A DNA stretch of 64,000 nucleotides from an uncultured Armatimonadetes bacterium (GCA_963716175.1 OY970296.1:3616001-3680000), one strand, 5' to 3'. Positions 30,967 through 42,460 are shown, counted from the first letter of the stretch. Made by a program: numbers and translations. The notes: a model not told the origin generated them from the letters alone.

Positions 30967-31401
30967 TTGTTCTGCCGACTATATGAAAGACAACTGTCCT
31001 CATACGTAGATGGTGAGCTGCCGGCGGCGCGAGCGGCGCGGGTGGAGGCTCATCTCAGGGTCTGCCCGCACTGCCGCGGCGAGCTGAACGCCATGATCGG
31101 GATCGCCGGGCACATCCGGGCCGCCTCCAAGCAGTTCCAGGTGAGCCAGGATTTCGACCAGCGGGTGCTGCGCGCGGTGGGATACATCCAGATCACCGGC
31201 CGGCAGGTCGCGCACCGCTCCTACCTGCGGCCCCTGGTGATGCTGATGCTGGCCTTGCTGGCCTTGCTGGGGCTGATCTGGCACTACCTCTCACCCCCGC
31301 CTGTCGCGCAGCCGCAGGCCGCCGCAGCCGAAATCGCCCCCGCGCCGGCCAGCTCCCCAATCCCCGTCGCGCCACCCCAGCAGGAGCGCAGCGGCCGGTA
31401 G
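30967..31401 (+). CDS. Anti-sigma factor (zf-HC2 domain, TM helix)
   Basis: LSSYVDGEL...HLRVCPHC, followed by a TM segment; directly downstream of the ECF sigma. Confidence 0.88.
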   Translation: MFCRLYERQLSSYVDGELPAARAARVEAHLRVCPHCRGELNAMIGIAGHIRAASKQFQVSQDFDQRVLRAVGYIQITGRQVAHRSYLRPLVMLMLALLALLGLIWHYLSPPPVAQPQAAAAEIAPAPASSPIPVAPPQQERSGR

Positions 31402-31458
31402 CAGCAGCAGCGGCGCAGCCCTGCTCGTAGGGCTGCGGCTCACTGAGGTTGCTCTCGC

Positions 31459-31486
31459 TGTCATGCTGAGCGCAGCGAAGCACCTC
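31459..31486 (+). repeat. Single arm of a TGTCATGCTGAGCGCAGCGAAGCA-type intergenic repeat; related remnant at about 31580-31615
   Basis: Motif recognised by eye at the left boundary of the lipoprotein island. No partner arm was found. Confidence 0.5.
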
Positions 31487-31600
31487 GTCGTTGACCTACG
31501 ACGCAGACCTGGACCTTCCGCCTACACCGGGGAGACGTCAATCGCTTGCGCGGCCGCTCCGGCAGGTGTACAATCCGGCTCGACGGGCCGAGCGAAGCGA

Positions 31601-31870
31601 ATGGAGGGGGACCTGGCGCCGCACGACGCCGCTTTCCACACCGGAGTTCACCCCGAGTGGAGCCAGGCCGTGTTTGTCCCACCCGCGGGGTGGAACGTGA
31701 ACGACTGGGCGCGTATAGCGTGCAACAGTGCGTATCCCTGGGCGTATGGCGGCACCTTCGGCAGTCCGCTGCAGAAGATACTCGAGTGGCTCCGCGGGGT
31801 GTTGGGCAAGCCCGCGACCCCGCCCGCCACTCCCTGGTGGCCCCCCGGCTGGGGGAAAGTCGAGGAGTGA
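31601..31870 (+). pseudogene. Orphan ORF, probably the C-terminal fragment of a larger protein
   Basis: Protein-like sequence (HDAAFHTGVHPEW...WWPPGWGKVEE) with GTGA coupling to the next gene. Its start lies inside a repeat remnant. Confidence 0.4.
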
Positions 31871-33222
31871 AGTTGCATCTCGCTAAAGCGCTCCTAGCGG
31901 CTGCGCGTCGGCCAAGACATACGCGGCATCTGGCGCGTTTCTGTCGGCCTCTGCGGCTCTGGCCGCTGGCGCGGGAACCTGGCAGCTCTGGGTTTCGCCG
32001 TGCGCGGCTTTCGCTGCTTCCCTTCTTAGCGGCAGCGATTCTCGTGCTGACCGTCGCAGGGTGCAGATGGCCGCGCTCGGACCAACCTCGAGGCGCCACG
32101 ATCAAGACAGGGGTTGCATCGTCGCGTACCAGGTGGCGCATGCTTGTCGGCGTTACCGAGCAGGGCAGCGATCAGACCAGCGTGTGGGCATGGGATTTCC
32201 TCTCGGACGCCGCCCCGATGTTGCTGCTCCGCGATCGGAATATCAAAGGATTCTGGTGGTCCAAGCCGGCCCAGGCGCTGGTTTACGAGGTTTACGCGGG
32301 CGGCGACAGCGACTACTTGTGTGTTGTGCGACCGTTCTCGGGTCAGAAGCCGACGCGCAGTAGGATCACGAATGCGCGCATCTCTCAGCTTACGGTCTCG
32401 GGCCGGCGGCCAGAGATCGCGTACTTCCTGAGCCGGCGACTACAGGGGGCATGGACGCGGGGCGACGGAGTTGTCTATGTTCGCGACCTCGCGTCAGGGG
32501 CAACGCGGCGCATTGAATGGCCGGGGCATTTCGTTGAGGTGGCCTTCTACTCACCTAAGGAGGACTGCCTGGCAGTCCGGGCCAAACGTGGGGAGTATTT
32601 CCAGTTGGGGCTGATGTGGACTGACGGAAGGCCTCCTCGCTGGCTGACTGACACGGACCATGACGAGATGCCCATGGGCTGGTCTCCTGACGGCACCAAG
32701 ATCCTAGCGGTAACCATGTTGAGGGAAGTGCCGACGCGGCGCGGGCTGCCAATGTGTGACTCAATCTATGATCTGCGCACAGGGCGGTACCTGTCCCTCA
32801 CGCGCTCACAAGTCACGGATCTGGGCGGCTCCTGGTCCCCAGACAGTAGATGGGTGGTCTTATCCTCAGACAGGGACGGGCCGTTTCAGCTCTACCGCCT
32901 CAATGCGACCAGCGGGAAGCTCTCACTTCTCCACCCCAGTCGAGAAGACGCAAGGGATGCGTCTTGGTCGCCGGAGGGAGATATTATCGTGTTCGGGCGA
33001 GTATCCAGTGGAGGGAAGCGTGAGGTCTGTCTGATCAATGGGAACGGGTCTGGCTTCCGCCCAGCCGAGCGCCAACCTGAGGGGTCGTTTTGGCTGTCGG
33101 GCACCTGGGTGCAACTGCCATCGCGTACAGCGACGATGCCAATGAGAGCACCCAGAGCGCGAACGCCGACGGCTGCCTCAGCACTTACCCCCGCGACATC
33201 GAGAAGCGCGCGACTGAAGTAG
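31867..33222 (+). CDS. TolB-like (PD40) beta-propeller lipoprotein
   Basis: Lipobox VAGC; WSPDG/WSPDS/WSPEG repeats; SSDRDGPFQLYRL. Start uncertain. Confidence 0.78.
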   Translation: MKLHLAKALLAAARRPRHTRHLARFCRPLRLWPLAREPGSSGFRRARLSLLPFLAAAILVLTVAGCRWPRSDQPRGATIKTGVASSRTRWRMLVGVTEQGSDQTSVWAWDFLSDAAPMLLLRDRNIKGFWWSKPAQALVYEVYAGGDSDYLCVVRPFSGQKPTRSRITNARISQLTVSGRRPEIAYFLSRRLQGAWTRGDGVVYVRDLASGATRRIEWPGHFVEVAFYSPKEDCLAVRAKRGEYFQLGLMWTDGRPPRWLTDTDHDEMPMGWSPDGTKILAVTMLREVPTRRGLPMCDSIYDLRTGRYLSLTRSQVTDLGGSWSPDSRWVVLSSDRDGPFQLYRLNATSGKLSLLHPSREDARDASWSPEGDIIVFGRVSSGGKREVCLINGNGSGFRPAERQPEGSFWLSGTWVQLPSRTATMPMRAPRARTPTAASALTPATSRSARLK

Positions 33223-33462
33223 GGCTGGCTGCAGGCAGGGTCAACAGCATGGCACACTACAGGAATGGCAACTCGTGCTGCGTAGCGGCGGAATCAGAGG
33301 GCTGCTGTGAGCATCAGCGGATGGTCGGGGGACGGGACGGCGTTTGCGTACACGCTCGGCAGGAAGGAGGTGAGCCGCATCTACGTCGCTGCCGCGGATG
33401 GCTCCAACTCCCATCCCGTCTCGCCTGCCGATGCGAACGACTTCCTGGCGAGGTGGTCACGC

Positions 33463-34575
33463 ATGAACAGAAGGGTTCCTGCACCTCTGGTCCTGGCATG
33501 CAGTTTGCTCGCCGCCCTGGGCTGCTCGGCTCGCGTAGCGCGTACCGGCAGTCAGGGAGGGCCGGCGCGGTATAACTCACTCCTTTTCGTTCAGAGCGAT
33601 ACCGCTGGCGGACCTGCCGACAGGGGCTGGCGTCTTGCGCTCATGAATGAGAAGGGCGAGGAGAGGCGGCCTCTGGAAGGCACTGAACACGGCATCCCCA
33701 TCGGGTGGAGCCCGACGGGTGAGTCTTTCGCGTACTCCGTTGACGAAGGCGTCCACCTCTACTACCCCAGCACGGGTCGGCGTCTAGCTCTGAACGTGGG
33801 GAAGCGTGTTCTCGGAGCGCTGTCTTGGTTCCCTGAAAGAGAACGGATTGCATTCGACTGGGGACGGCGCTCGCGACGGGGATATCCCACTGAAGCAGGC
33901 CTGTCGGTGATCGACATCGAGAGTGGACAGATCAACGACCTGCTGGTACGAAGAGAGGTGATCACGGTTCCTGTGGTTAGTCCTAATGGGAGGCAGGTGG
34001 CCTTTGGGGACGACACACGTGGCCTCGCCTCGGTGGACTTTGGTCGCCGAGGCGGCCCGATAAGGCTACTCGCGCCACTGGACGGCCAGCAGCGAGTAAC
34101 AGGCATATCCTGGAGTCCTGACGGCCAGTTCGTCCTGTTCAAGCAGAGCACGATCTTGCCTAGCCCTATCAGGGAGTGCTTGCATGTCTGCGACTTAGGC
34201 ACGGGGCGAGTATGGGAGCTTGCCAAAGCTGAGGAGGGCGTCACTATCAGCGGGCTCATTTGGCATCCGAACTCCGGCAAAGCAGCCTTCGCTCTGGTGG
34301 ACTTCGGCAGGCACCATTCCGGGCTGTACTTCGCCAAGCACAGCAAGGCTGCATGGGAAGTGTCGTCGGTTGTGCTGCCCTCCGGGTTCCTGAGCGGGCT
34401 CGCTGGTTGGTCTCCCGATGGCCGGCTATTCTCCTACTCGCTCTTCCGCGGCGACTCGGGCCGGGTTTTCGTCTGCGATGATGAAGGTTTGCATCCGCGT
34501 CCGATCTCGCCCGAGGACTCCATGGACTCGATGCCGCAGTGGCGGCCTGGGTCGGCGCAAGGGAGTGCCAAGTGA
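33463..34575 (+). CDS. TolB-like beta-propeller lipoprotein
   Basis: MNRRVPAPLVLACSLLAALGC signal with GAGGTGG RBS; WSPTG, SPNG, WSPDG repeats. Confidence 0.8.
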   Translation: MNRRVPAPLVLACSLLAALGCSARVARTGSQGGPARYNSLLFVQSDTAGGPADRGWRLALMNEKGEERRPLEGTEHGIPIGWSPTGESFAYSVDEGVHLYYPSTGRRLALNVGKRVLGALSWFPERERIAFDWGRRSRRGYPTEAGLSVIDIESGQINDLLVRREVITVPVVSPNGRQVAFGDDTRGLASVDFGRRGGPIRLLAPLDGQQRVTGISWSPDGQFVLFKQSTILPSPIRECLHVCDLGTGRVWELAKAEEGVTISGLIWHPNSGKAAFALVDFGRHHSGLYFAKHSKAAWEVSSVVLPSGFLSGLAGWSPDGRLFSYSLFRGDSGRVFVCDDEGLHPRPISPEDSMDSMPQWRPGSAQGSAK

Positions 34576-36164
34576 TCCCGGAAAGGATCCGCAGTGGGCG
34601 TCTCAGGGTCCTCCTGGTGCTGCCCCTGGTGGTGTCGGTGGGATGCAGCAGCCCGGCCGGCCGGCACTCACCGGCGTTTCGCGAGACGCGTCTTGGGTCT
34701 GTTCCGAAGGGATTTGTGGCCCCGGCAGTCGGTGATCGCCGCGGCTGGCACGCGGCTCTACGCATCGTCGCGGAGGATGGGAGCCAGAGCGTGTGGTTGG
34801 ATGGGCAAATGGGCGCGAGCTACGGTCGGCTGGACCCGGCCAGCCTCATCTTCAGCCCTGACGGCCGGCGGCTTGCCTTTGTTGCCAGCGGCCAGTCCCG
34901 CCGAAACGGGGCCACGTGCTTTGTGGTCGTGGATGGGAGACAGGGTCGGCAGTTCGATGTCATCCCGGGGGAATCGCTGGTCTTCACTCCCGATAGCGAG
35001 CATCTCGCCTATGTTGGAGCGAAAGCAGGAAAGTGGTTTGTTGTTGTGGACCGCCGGCCGCGCTTCCAGAGCTCGAATCCGCTAATGGGCAGCCCCGAGG
35101 GCCGCACCCAAGACCGGTCAAGCTACCTTGTGTTAAGTTCCGACGGGCGCCACATCGCGTGTGTCGCTGAGAGGGGCGGCAAGGCATTCCTGCTGCTTGA
35201 TGGGAAGCTTGGGCCGGGGTATGACGAGGTGTTCCTGAGTGAGATCGTGTTCAGCCCTAATAGCAAGCGGCTGGCCTACCTGGCCAGGGAGGGCGCGAAG
35301 TATCTGGTAACGGTTGATGGTGAGCCAAACGGGGTGTTTGACTCCGTCGCGGCGGGCACACTTGCATTCAGCCCAGACAGCCGACACGTGGCCTACATCG
35401 CGAGCTCGGGGGCGGGCTGGGTCGCGGTGCTGGATGGCCGGCCGGGGCCCAGGTACGATTGGGCGGGCGGGCTGCGTTTCACTGGGGACGGCCGACGCTT
35501 CGTCTACATTGGTAGACGGGGCGGAAAGTCCTCGGTCATCACTAACCGAGTGCCTGGGCCAGAGTGGGATAACATCATGGAGGAGGGAGTCATTGCCGGT
35601 GGCGACGGCCACCTCGCATACGCGGCAAAGCGAGGCGGCAAGTGGGTTGCCGTGGTGGATGGGGTGGCAGGGCCAGGGTACGAGGGGGTTGGGAAGGGCA
35701 GCATGTGCTTCAGTCCGGACGGGAGGAGGGTCGGGTATGGAGCACTGAAGGAGGGCCGGTGGGTGGCGGTCGTGGACGGTCATGAACGGGGGTCCTACGA
35801 CGGCATCGCTGACCTGGTATTCAGCCTGGACAGCAAGAGCTGGGCATACAGTGCCATGGACCGCGGCAAGTGGCTGGTGGTGTGGAACGGGCGGGCCGGG
35901 CCGGCGGAGTTCACAGGGATAGGGGACCTGCTGTTCAGTCCGGATAGCCGTCACCTCGCCTACGCCGCGGGCAAGGGGGGCAAGCACACGGTGGTCTTTG
36001 ACCAGCAAGAACAGCAAGAAGGGCCCGAGTACGCCAATCTAGTGCACGCCCCCTCATTCCATCCCGATGGCATCCTGGAGTTCCTGGGGATGCGAGGCAA
36101 TGGTCTGTACCGGGTGCGTGTTCGGCCCAGCTCGTCGAGTTCGCGCGGAAGAGGTGGTGGGTGA
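34572..36164 (+). CDS. WD40/PD40-like beta-propeller lipoprotein with about 10 short repeats
   Basis: Lipobox SVGC; repeated FSPDGRRLAY.A...GKW.VVVDG..GP.YD; GTGA overlap with the upstream gene. Confidence 0.82.
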   Translation: MIPERIRSGRLRVLLVLPLVVSVGCSSPAGRHSPAFRETRLGSVPKGFVAPAVGDRRGWHAALRIVAEDGSQSVWLDGQMGASYGRLDPASLIFSPDGRRLAFVASGQSRRNGATCFVVVDGRQGRQFDVIPGESLVFTPDSEHLAYVGAKAGKWFVVVDRRPRFQSSNPLMGSPEGRTQDRSSYLVLSSDGRHIACVAERGGKAFLLLDGKLGPGYDEVFLSEIVFSPNSKRLAYLAREGAKYLVTVDGEPNGVFDSVAAGTLAFSPDSRHVAYIASSGAGWVAVLDGRPGPRYDWAGGLRFTGDGRRFVYIGRRGGKSSVITNRVPGPEWDNIMEEGVIAGGDGHLAYAAKRGGKWVAVVDGVAGPGYEGVGKGSMCFSPDGRRVGYGALKEGRWVAVVDGHERGSYDGIADLVFSLDSKSWAYSAMDRGKWLVVWNGRAGPAEFTGIGDLLFSPDSRHLAYAAGKGGKHTVVFDQQEQQEGPEYANLVHAPSFHPDGILEFLGMRGNGLYRVRVRPSSSSSRGRGGG

Positions 36165-36212
36165 GCCGTGGACGATTGCGCGGTCGCTCCGAGGGGGCAC
36201 CGACCGATGCCC

Positions 36213-38541
36213 TCACCGCAGCGTCAGCAGCACCACTGACCGCCCTGGCAGGCGGCCGCTGATCTCGCTGCCCGAGGCGCGGAGGGTGGCGGCGGGGACG
36301 TCGCCGTCCTCGGAGAAGGTGCGGCCGATGAGCTGGATCGGGAGCTTGAACCCCAGCCGGCTGGAGCGAAGGCGAGTGGCGAAGTCCACCGGCTGATCGT
36401 GAACGTTGATCAGCACCAGCGCCAGCCCGGCCCCGGGCGTGCGCCAGGCCGATGCCAGGACCGGAGAGATGCTGCGGCGCGTGGCATGCCGCTCGGCGGG
36501 AGCGGACTGGGACGGGTTCACCAGCAGGTCAACTGCCAGCTCGTCTGACTCAATCCCCAGCAATCCCATGAACTGCGAATAGGGCAGCAGCGCTCCCACC
36601 CCCCAGGCCTGCGCCCGCAGCACGGTGGAGAGGAAGGAGAGCTTGCGGCGGCCGCTGTCATCGCGGGCCTGCTCCGGAGCGAAGCTGGCGAGCATAAGCT
36701 GCTGGCCCCGCACCGCGGCGCGAGCCACCTCGAGGCAGAACTGATCTGTGAAATCACGCGCCATCAGCGGCACCGGCAGCCGCGCATCGCTCACCGCCTG
36801 AGGCAGCATGGGATCTTGAGGCCGGGCGTTCAGCAGCGAGGAGCCAGGGCCGATCAGCGTGGCATAGCCGTGGTACACAGCAGAGAATAGCGGAATGGCC
36901 GACCAGCGGCTCCCGAAGCGGCCGGAGAACAGGCCCTCCCGCTCGGCCGCGGCGTGGCGGGAGACGAAGGCATCCACCACATCGAGATAGGGCTCGGCCG
37001 GGCCGTCGGTGGCGAGATGCACACCGGCGCCCACCTCGGCCTTCACCTCCTCTAACGCCATTCTCACCCCGGCCGCCCACGAGCCGGGGCCGGAATGCGC
37101 GCCTGCATGATCCGGGTCGGTGCAGTCGCGGGGCGCCGACTCGCCCAACTCCTCCAGATAGACCCCTTCCACTCCCCGCTGCACCGCCTCCCGCGCCAGG
37201 GCGACGAGCTTCCCGCGCCAGTAGTCCGCGCCGGGGCACATGACCGCGAGGCCGGACCCCGGGTCTGCTTCATCTGCGGCGAGGGCGTAGCGTTCGGCCC
37301 CCTCCGCCGCGCCAGGCCTCTGATTGCGGGCTGGCGCGCAGGCCATTGAAGCTGATCTGGGTGAGCACTCCGGCCTCCGCCAGCCGGCCTTTGGCCTCGG
37401 CGAAGGCCTGCTCCCCATCGCGCGGAGGGAAGTAGTCGGGATAGGCGCCGCCGCAGGCGCAGCGATGCCAGCAGTGCCAGTCCAGCTTGATCGGGACGTT
37501 GACCGCCCGCTGCAGCTCGCGGGCGGCGGCCACCGCGTGGCGAGCGTCACCCCAATGGGAGAGCCAGAGGCCGTAGGAGCTGGTGAGGGCCGGGAGGTTC
37601 CGCTCTCCTCCCCTACCCCGCGCGCACCAGGGCTGGTGAACTGCCCACGCCCGATACTCGCGGGCGGCCTCCAACCAGTCTCCCATCACCAGACCCAGAC
37701 TGATGGGATATCCAGGGTCCCAGAGGCCGTCATCCCTGCGAGCCGGATAGTGTGTGATCCACAGTGCCAGGCGACTGGAGCCGGGCAGGCCGGCTGCGAC
37801 CAGAGTCTTACGCGCACCAGCAGGATCTTCGGCGCCCAGCCAGGCCGTCGTCCTCTCGGCGAGAGAGAACCCCAGCATCTGCAGGGAGGCGGGGCCGGGA
37901 TAGGCGGCCTGCCAGGTTGCACTCTCCCCGAGCACGGCCAGCGCGGCGCGGGGCTCGCGAATGAGCAGGCCTCCGGAAAGAGGCAGGAACAGCGATTCCT
38001 CGACCAAGCGATCGGCCGCGCCCAAAGCGCAAACGCAGGGGAAGTCCAGCTCCTGCAAGGAGACCTGCTCGGCGAGCTGGGCCTCAAGCTGGAAGCGGCA
38101 GGTTCCAGAGTCTGGCGGAAGGGTGATGACAGCAGTGACCCGGCCTTCCACCTCGGCCGCTCCCACCCGCGGGTTGGCCCAGGCGAGCCGGAGCTGGAGG
38201 CTCCCGTCGGAGGTCGTGGTCGCGGCATGGCCGAACTCGCCGCAACCGCGATTGGTCACCGCGGCGAGATCGGTACCCTCGCGCGTGATCTGAAGCCGCC
38301 AAAGCGCGCCGCGTGCGGAGGCCTCGGCCGAGTCAACCAGCTCGACCTGGGTGCGGCGATGGTAGACGGATAGCAAGGAGCCATCGCTGGCGGAGAAGCC
38401 CAGACTCACCAGCGCATTGCTCAAGACCAGGCGGTCGGCCTCCTGCCGAAAGACCGCCCGGCGCCCCGCGCCGGCCGAGGAGGCGGAGCGGCCCTGGCTA
38501 TCGCCGCCGCTAGCTGTCACCAGCATCCCCACTCGCTGCAA
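36213..38541 (-). CDS. DUF6259-like putative glycoside hydrolase (frameshift near 37308)
   Basis: Beta-rich N-domain, GDWLEAAREYRAWA, YPDYFPP; after the shift MCP..., EGVYLEEL, IPLFSAVYHGY. Confidence 0.65.
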
Positions 38542-38556
38542 GCATGAAGCTGGCCC

Positions 38557-38919
38557 CTAAAGTGGGCCGGACTCGGCTGATTCGCTTCCTCGCAACGCCT
38601 CTCGCACCAACCGAGCGCGGCTGGCCCGGTCGCAATGGTACCGCGCGTGCAGCATCTGCAACAGCTCCTGCACGTGCCGGTCATCGCTCGGGCCGTACAT
38701 GATGTGCCGGCCGCTGCCCAGGGCGAAGCGCTCGATCAGGCCGGCCTGAGAGAGCTCCTCCAGCGCGAGCGTCACCTCCTCCACGGCCCGCCTCAACTGC
38801 AGGCCCATCTCCCGCGCGCTGCGTATCTCACCGGGGCGCTCATAGAGGTGCAGCAGTATCTCCAGCTTGGCTAAGCTGTCAATGGCCTTGGCCAGGACCA
38901 GGTTGAGTTCGCCCTCCAT
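38557..38919 (-). CDS. Hypothetical winged-helix protein
   Basis: IDSLAKLEILLHL...SAREMGLQLRR...LALEELSQAGLI pattern. Confidence 0.7.
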   Translation of the reverse strand: MEGELNLVLAKAIDSLAKLEILLHLYERPGEIRSAREMGLQLRRAVEEVTLALEELSQAGLIERFALGSGRHIMYGPSDDRHVQELLQMLHARYHCDRASRARLVREALRGSESAESGPL

Positions 38920-38936
38920 TGCGGCTCCCCTGTCCG

Positions 38937-39655
38937 TTATGTCGCCATCTCGCGGAGGATACGGGCCAGGGCCTGACGCGGGTCATCCCGCGGGTCACAG
39001 GCCGGCCTATCACCAGGTAGTCGGCCCCGGCCTGGAGAGCGGCGCGCGGGGTGCCCACCCGCACCTGGTCTCCCCGCTCGGCCCAGGAGGGCCGGATGCC
39101 TGGCGTGACTGTCAGGAAATCCTTTCCACAAACGCGCTTGATCTCAGGCACTTCGTGCACCGAGGCGACCACACCGTCCAGCCCGGCCTGCTTCGCCATC
39201 AGCGAGAGACGAATGACGGCTTCGGCTGCCGGCTCCCTGATACCTAGCTCATCGCCCAGCTCCCGGTCGCCAATGCTGGTGAGGAGGGTGACTCCGATCA
39301 CGAACGGGGGTGGGAAGCCAGCTTCGGCCGCGCCCCGCGCGGCCGCCTCCTTGGCCGCTTCCATCATCGCGCGCCCGCCCAGCGCGTGCACGTTCAGCAT
39401 AAAGACGCCGAGCCGGCCCGCGGCAGCGGCGGCGCCGGCCACGGTGTTGGGGATATCGTGGAACTTGCTGTCGTAGAATACCTTCGCCCCCAGCTGTCGC
39501 AGCGCGGTTATCGCCTGGGGCCCGGCCGCGTTGAACAGCTCCAGTCCCACCTTCAGCATCCCCACCTCAGACACGATGGCGCGAGCGAGATCAAGGGCGG
39601 CGTCAGGCGTGGGGAAATCGAGGGCGATGATCAGGCGGCTGCGGGCATCGGTCAT
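38937..39655 (-). CDS. pyrF: Orotidine-5'-phosphate decarboxylase (frameshift near 38990)
   Basis: LIIALD, KVGLEL, DSKFHDIPNTV, TPGIR, LVIGRP; true C-terminus DDPRQALARILREMAT* is in another frame. Confidence 0.95.
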
Positions 39656-39754
39656 GGCAGGTCTGATTATAGCACAATCGGATACTGATTGACGCTATGC
39701 TGCAGAGCGGCCAACCCCATGCCCGCCCGTACCCGCCTGCCGATTCGCCGGCCG

Positions 39755-42460
39755 CTAGCCCGGGTAGTGAGTGCCGATCTGACGCAAGAACTCCGGATCG
39801 GTGATGCTGTCGTCGTGGCTGAGGGCGAGGATCAGGCCGAGGATGCGGGCGGTGAACGAGTCCATGCTCTCAGCCATCAGGGATTCCACGGGCCCGCCAA
39901 GCAGCAGACCGAAGTCGAGGTGAAGGCGGCTCTTCTCCAGCAGCACGGATCCGCTCCCCAGGTGCACCCGGTAGATGGCCCGCTGGCCCTCTACGATGGC
40001 ATGGGCTTCGTCCTCACTCACGTAGACCGTGGTCAGCCTGAGCGCGCCGCGAGGTAGCGGACCAGAGTGCCGCGCAGGCGGCGCGTCTCCGCAGAGCTGA
40101 ACCCCAGCTCGCCCGCGGCCGCGCGCGAGACCAGCAGATCGGCCTCCCGTAGCGTCTCGCTGAGCACGAGGCTGGAGACCGATCCCAGCGGCAGCGCTTC
40201 GCCGGCGTCGCTCTCGAACCGGACCGCTCCACTGGTGACCGGATCGGCCTCATCCAGGCCTCCCAGCCTCCGGCCCACATCCTCGCCTGCCTTCGCCCAG
40301 GAGATGTGGGCGCGGAGCCCCTGGCGCGGCCATTGCTTCACGGCGTCTCCACTGCCCGGAGCATAGCCGCAACTCCGCAGCAGAGCGAAGGCCTGGCGCG
40401 CGAGCAGCGGGCGTTCTGCGAACCGCAGACAGGAGCGCTCCGACCGCTCGCCCTCCCCCAGTAGGTAGAGCTCGCGGAAGACCTGTTTGAAAGGCTGCGC
40501 GATCCGCCCCTCGATCACGCGCTCCTGCCATTCCTCAAGTCGGCCGCCGTGCAGCAGATCAACCGGATGGGCGACGGTGATGCGAGTGGCGGTGGCGATC
40601 TCCCGCGGCGGCTGGCAGTCCGCGAGCGGGTCCTCGGGAGACCACTGGAAGGGGTTGCCGTCCACGGCCAGCACCAGCCGCGAGGCGAGCGAGCGCACGA
40701 CCGGGTTGGCGAGGAGAACCGCCAGATCGCCTCCCGAGTATTCCAGACCCTCCACCATGGCCTGCTCGAGCCGACTGCGGAAGTAACGGTAGCTCTTCGC
40801 CAGTTGGGCGTGGGCCTGGCGGATCTCCTCATACTGGGGATGGCCACGCAGTTTCGCCGGGACAGAGGCGAGACGGCGAGCCCGGGAGTACACCTCAAGC
40901 TGCACCTTGCCGGCTGCCACCGCGAGTCGCAAATGGTAGCCGCCCACGTCCCACCAGGCCCGCGCCGGCCTGCCCTCCAGACCCGCGTCGGCCCAGGCCG
41001 AGGCCAGATCCACGCGTCTCTCAAGCTGCTCCAGATCGCCGACACCGGTGTGCGCTCGCACTACCTCCAACGCCTCCCGCGCCGCCTGGCGAGAGGCACT
41101 GGTGCCCTCTCGACTCAGGCGGAAGAGCACCGGGGCGGACGCTTCCGCCTGCTCCGGCCACAGCGCGAGCGCGCGCAGGGCGGTGGGCAGGCCTCGGGCC
41201 GCGCGTTGGCAGATGAGAGGGAAGTACTGTTTGCGCAGGGCGTGCACGTAGAACAGGTTATCCATCACTCGGTCGAACTCGGGCACCAAGTGTTGGCGCA
41301 GAAAGGCGCGGCGGCGCACGGCCTCGGGCTCGGGCCCCTCGAAATCGGCCGGCGGGTCGGTGGAGCAGAGGGCGCCGGCAGCCAGCGTGATCTCGTCGCC
41401 CAGGCGCTCCACCCAGGGCGCAAGCACTTCCCCTATCCACCCGACATCCAGCGGGGCCGCTGGGCTTGCCGTCTTCAGCCAGGAGATCGCCTCCTGGTGG
41501 CGCGCCAGTTCCAGCACCTGGCCGACGGCGGCCACCAGATCGGGGCGAATCAGGGACAGCAGACTCAGCACCGGGCCGGAATGGCCCCTGAGCCGGGCGA
41601 TGGTGCTCTCGGCCTCAGGAGTGGCCAGCGAAACCCAGCGCACGACGTGCAGGGGCCACCAGGAGTCTGGCTTGCGCTCCAGCTCCTCGAGCGCGCTCCA
41701 CAGGTAGTCCTCACCTGGGAAGTCTCTGATCCACCCTCCGGTCTGGAACGAAAGCCTGGCGTCCGGTTGGTGGCTGATCTCATACACGGCCTGACGGTAC
41801 CATTTGGCGAAGCCGGGATGAGAGCGGAGGCCGAGGCGATCGAGCGCGGGCCGGTAATCCCCGCGGGGCCCGGCGGCCGCCAGCAGCTGACTCGCCAGGC
41901 AGTCGTGGAAGTCAGACCACTCCAGCCAGCCACCAAGGAACGCCCGCGCGAAGGCAAACCAGGCCGCCTGCGCGGCTTCGACCTCGGGCGAGGCCGCCCA
42001 CCGCCGCAACTGGCGCACCGAGGCCGCGCCGCGCCTCCGCGCTGTCGGTTCCGGCCAGCGCCACCAGCAGCCAGAGCCGCGCCTCGCCAGGGCAGAAGCT
42101 GAGCGCCCGCAGCAAAGGCTCCGGGCGGCTCAAGGGCCGCCGCGCGAGCAGCGCGGCAGCGCGCTGGAGCTGCGGGTCAAAGGCCTGGCCCCTCGCCTCG
42201 GCGATCGCCCCAGCGGCCAGCTCGGTCCAACCAGGGAGGGCGCGATCGAGCTCGGCTGCGGCACGGAGGAGCTGAACGCGATAGCGGCCGGGACGCAGCA
42301 GATCCACGACGCAGGCCGGCAAGCCCGCGATCTCGCGGACCGGCAGCCGCTGGGGCCAGACCCGCTCCAGGCAAGAGAGGAGCCGCGCGCTGCGCGCAGG
42401 TTCAGCCTGCAACCCAGGCGCGGCTGGTTTCGGGTTCAGCTCGCGGGAGACCTCGCCCAA
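39755..42460 (-). CDS. DUF4132 domain protein (frameshifts near 42030 and 40048)
   Basis: RLEQAMV, VAHPVDL, IAQPFKQVFRELY, LSETLREADLLVS; C-terminus YRVHLGSG...DDSITDPEFLRQI. Three ORFs join into one. Confidence 0.8.

Noticed and set aside
40549-42102. Long antisense ORFs (also 21017-22555, 26450-27934, 53614-55203, 61419-62933)
   Set aside because: Shadow frames of real genes in GC-rich DNA, with no recognisable motifs.
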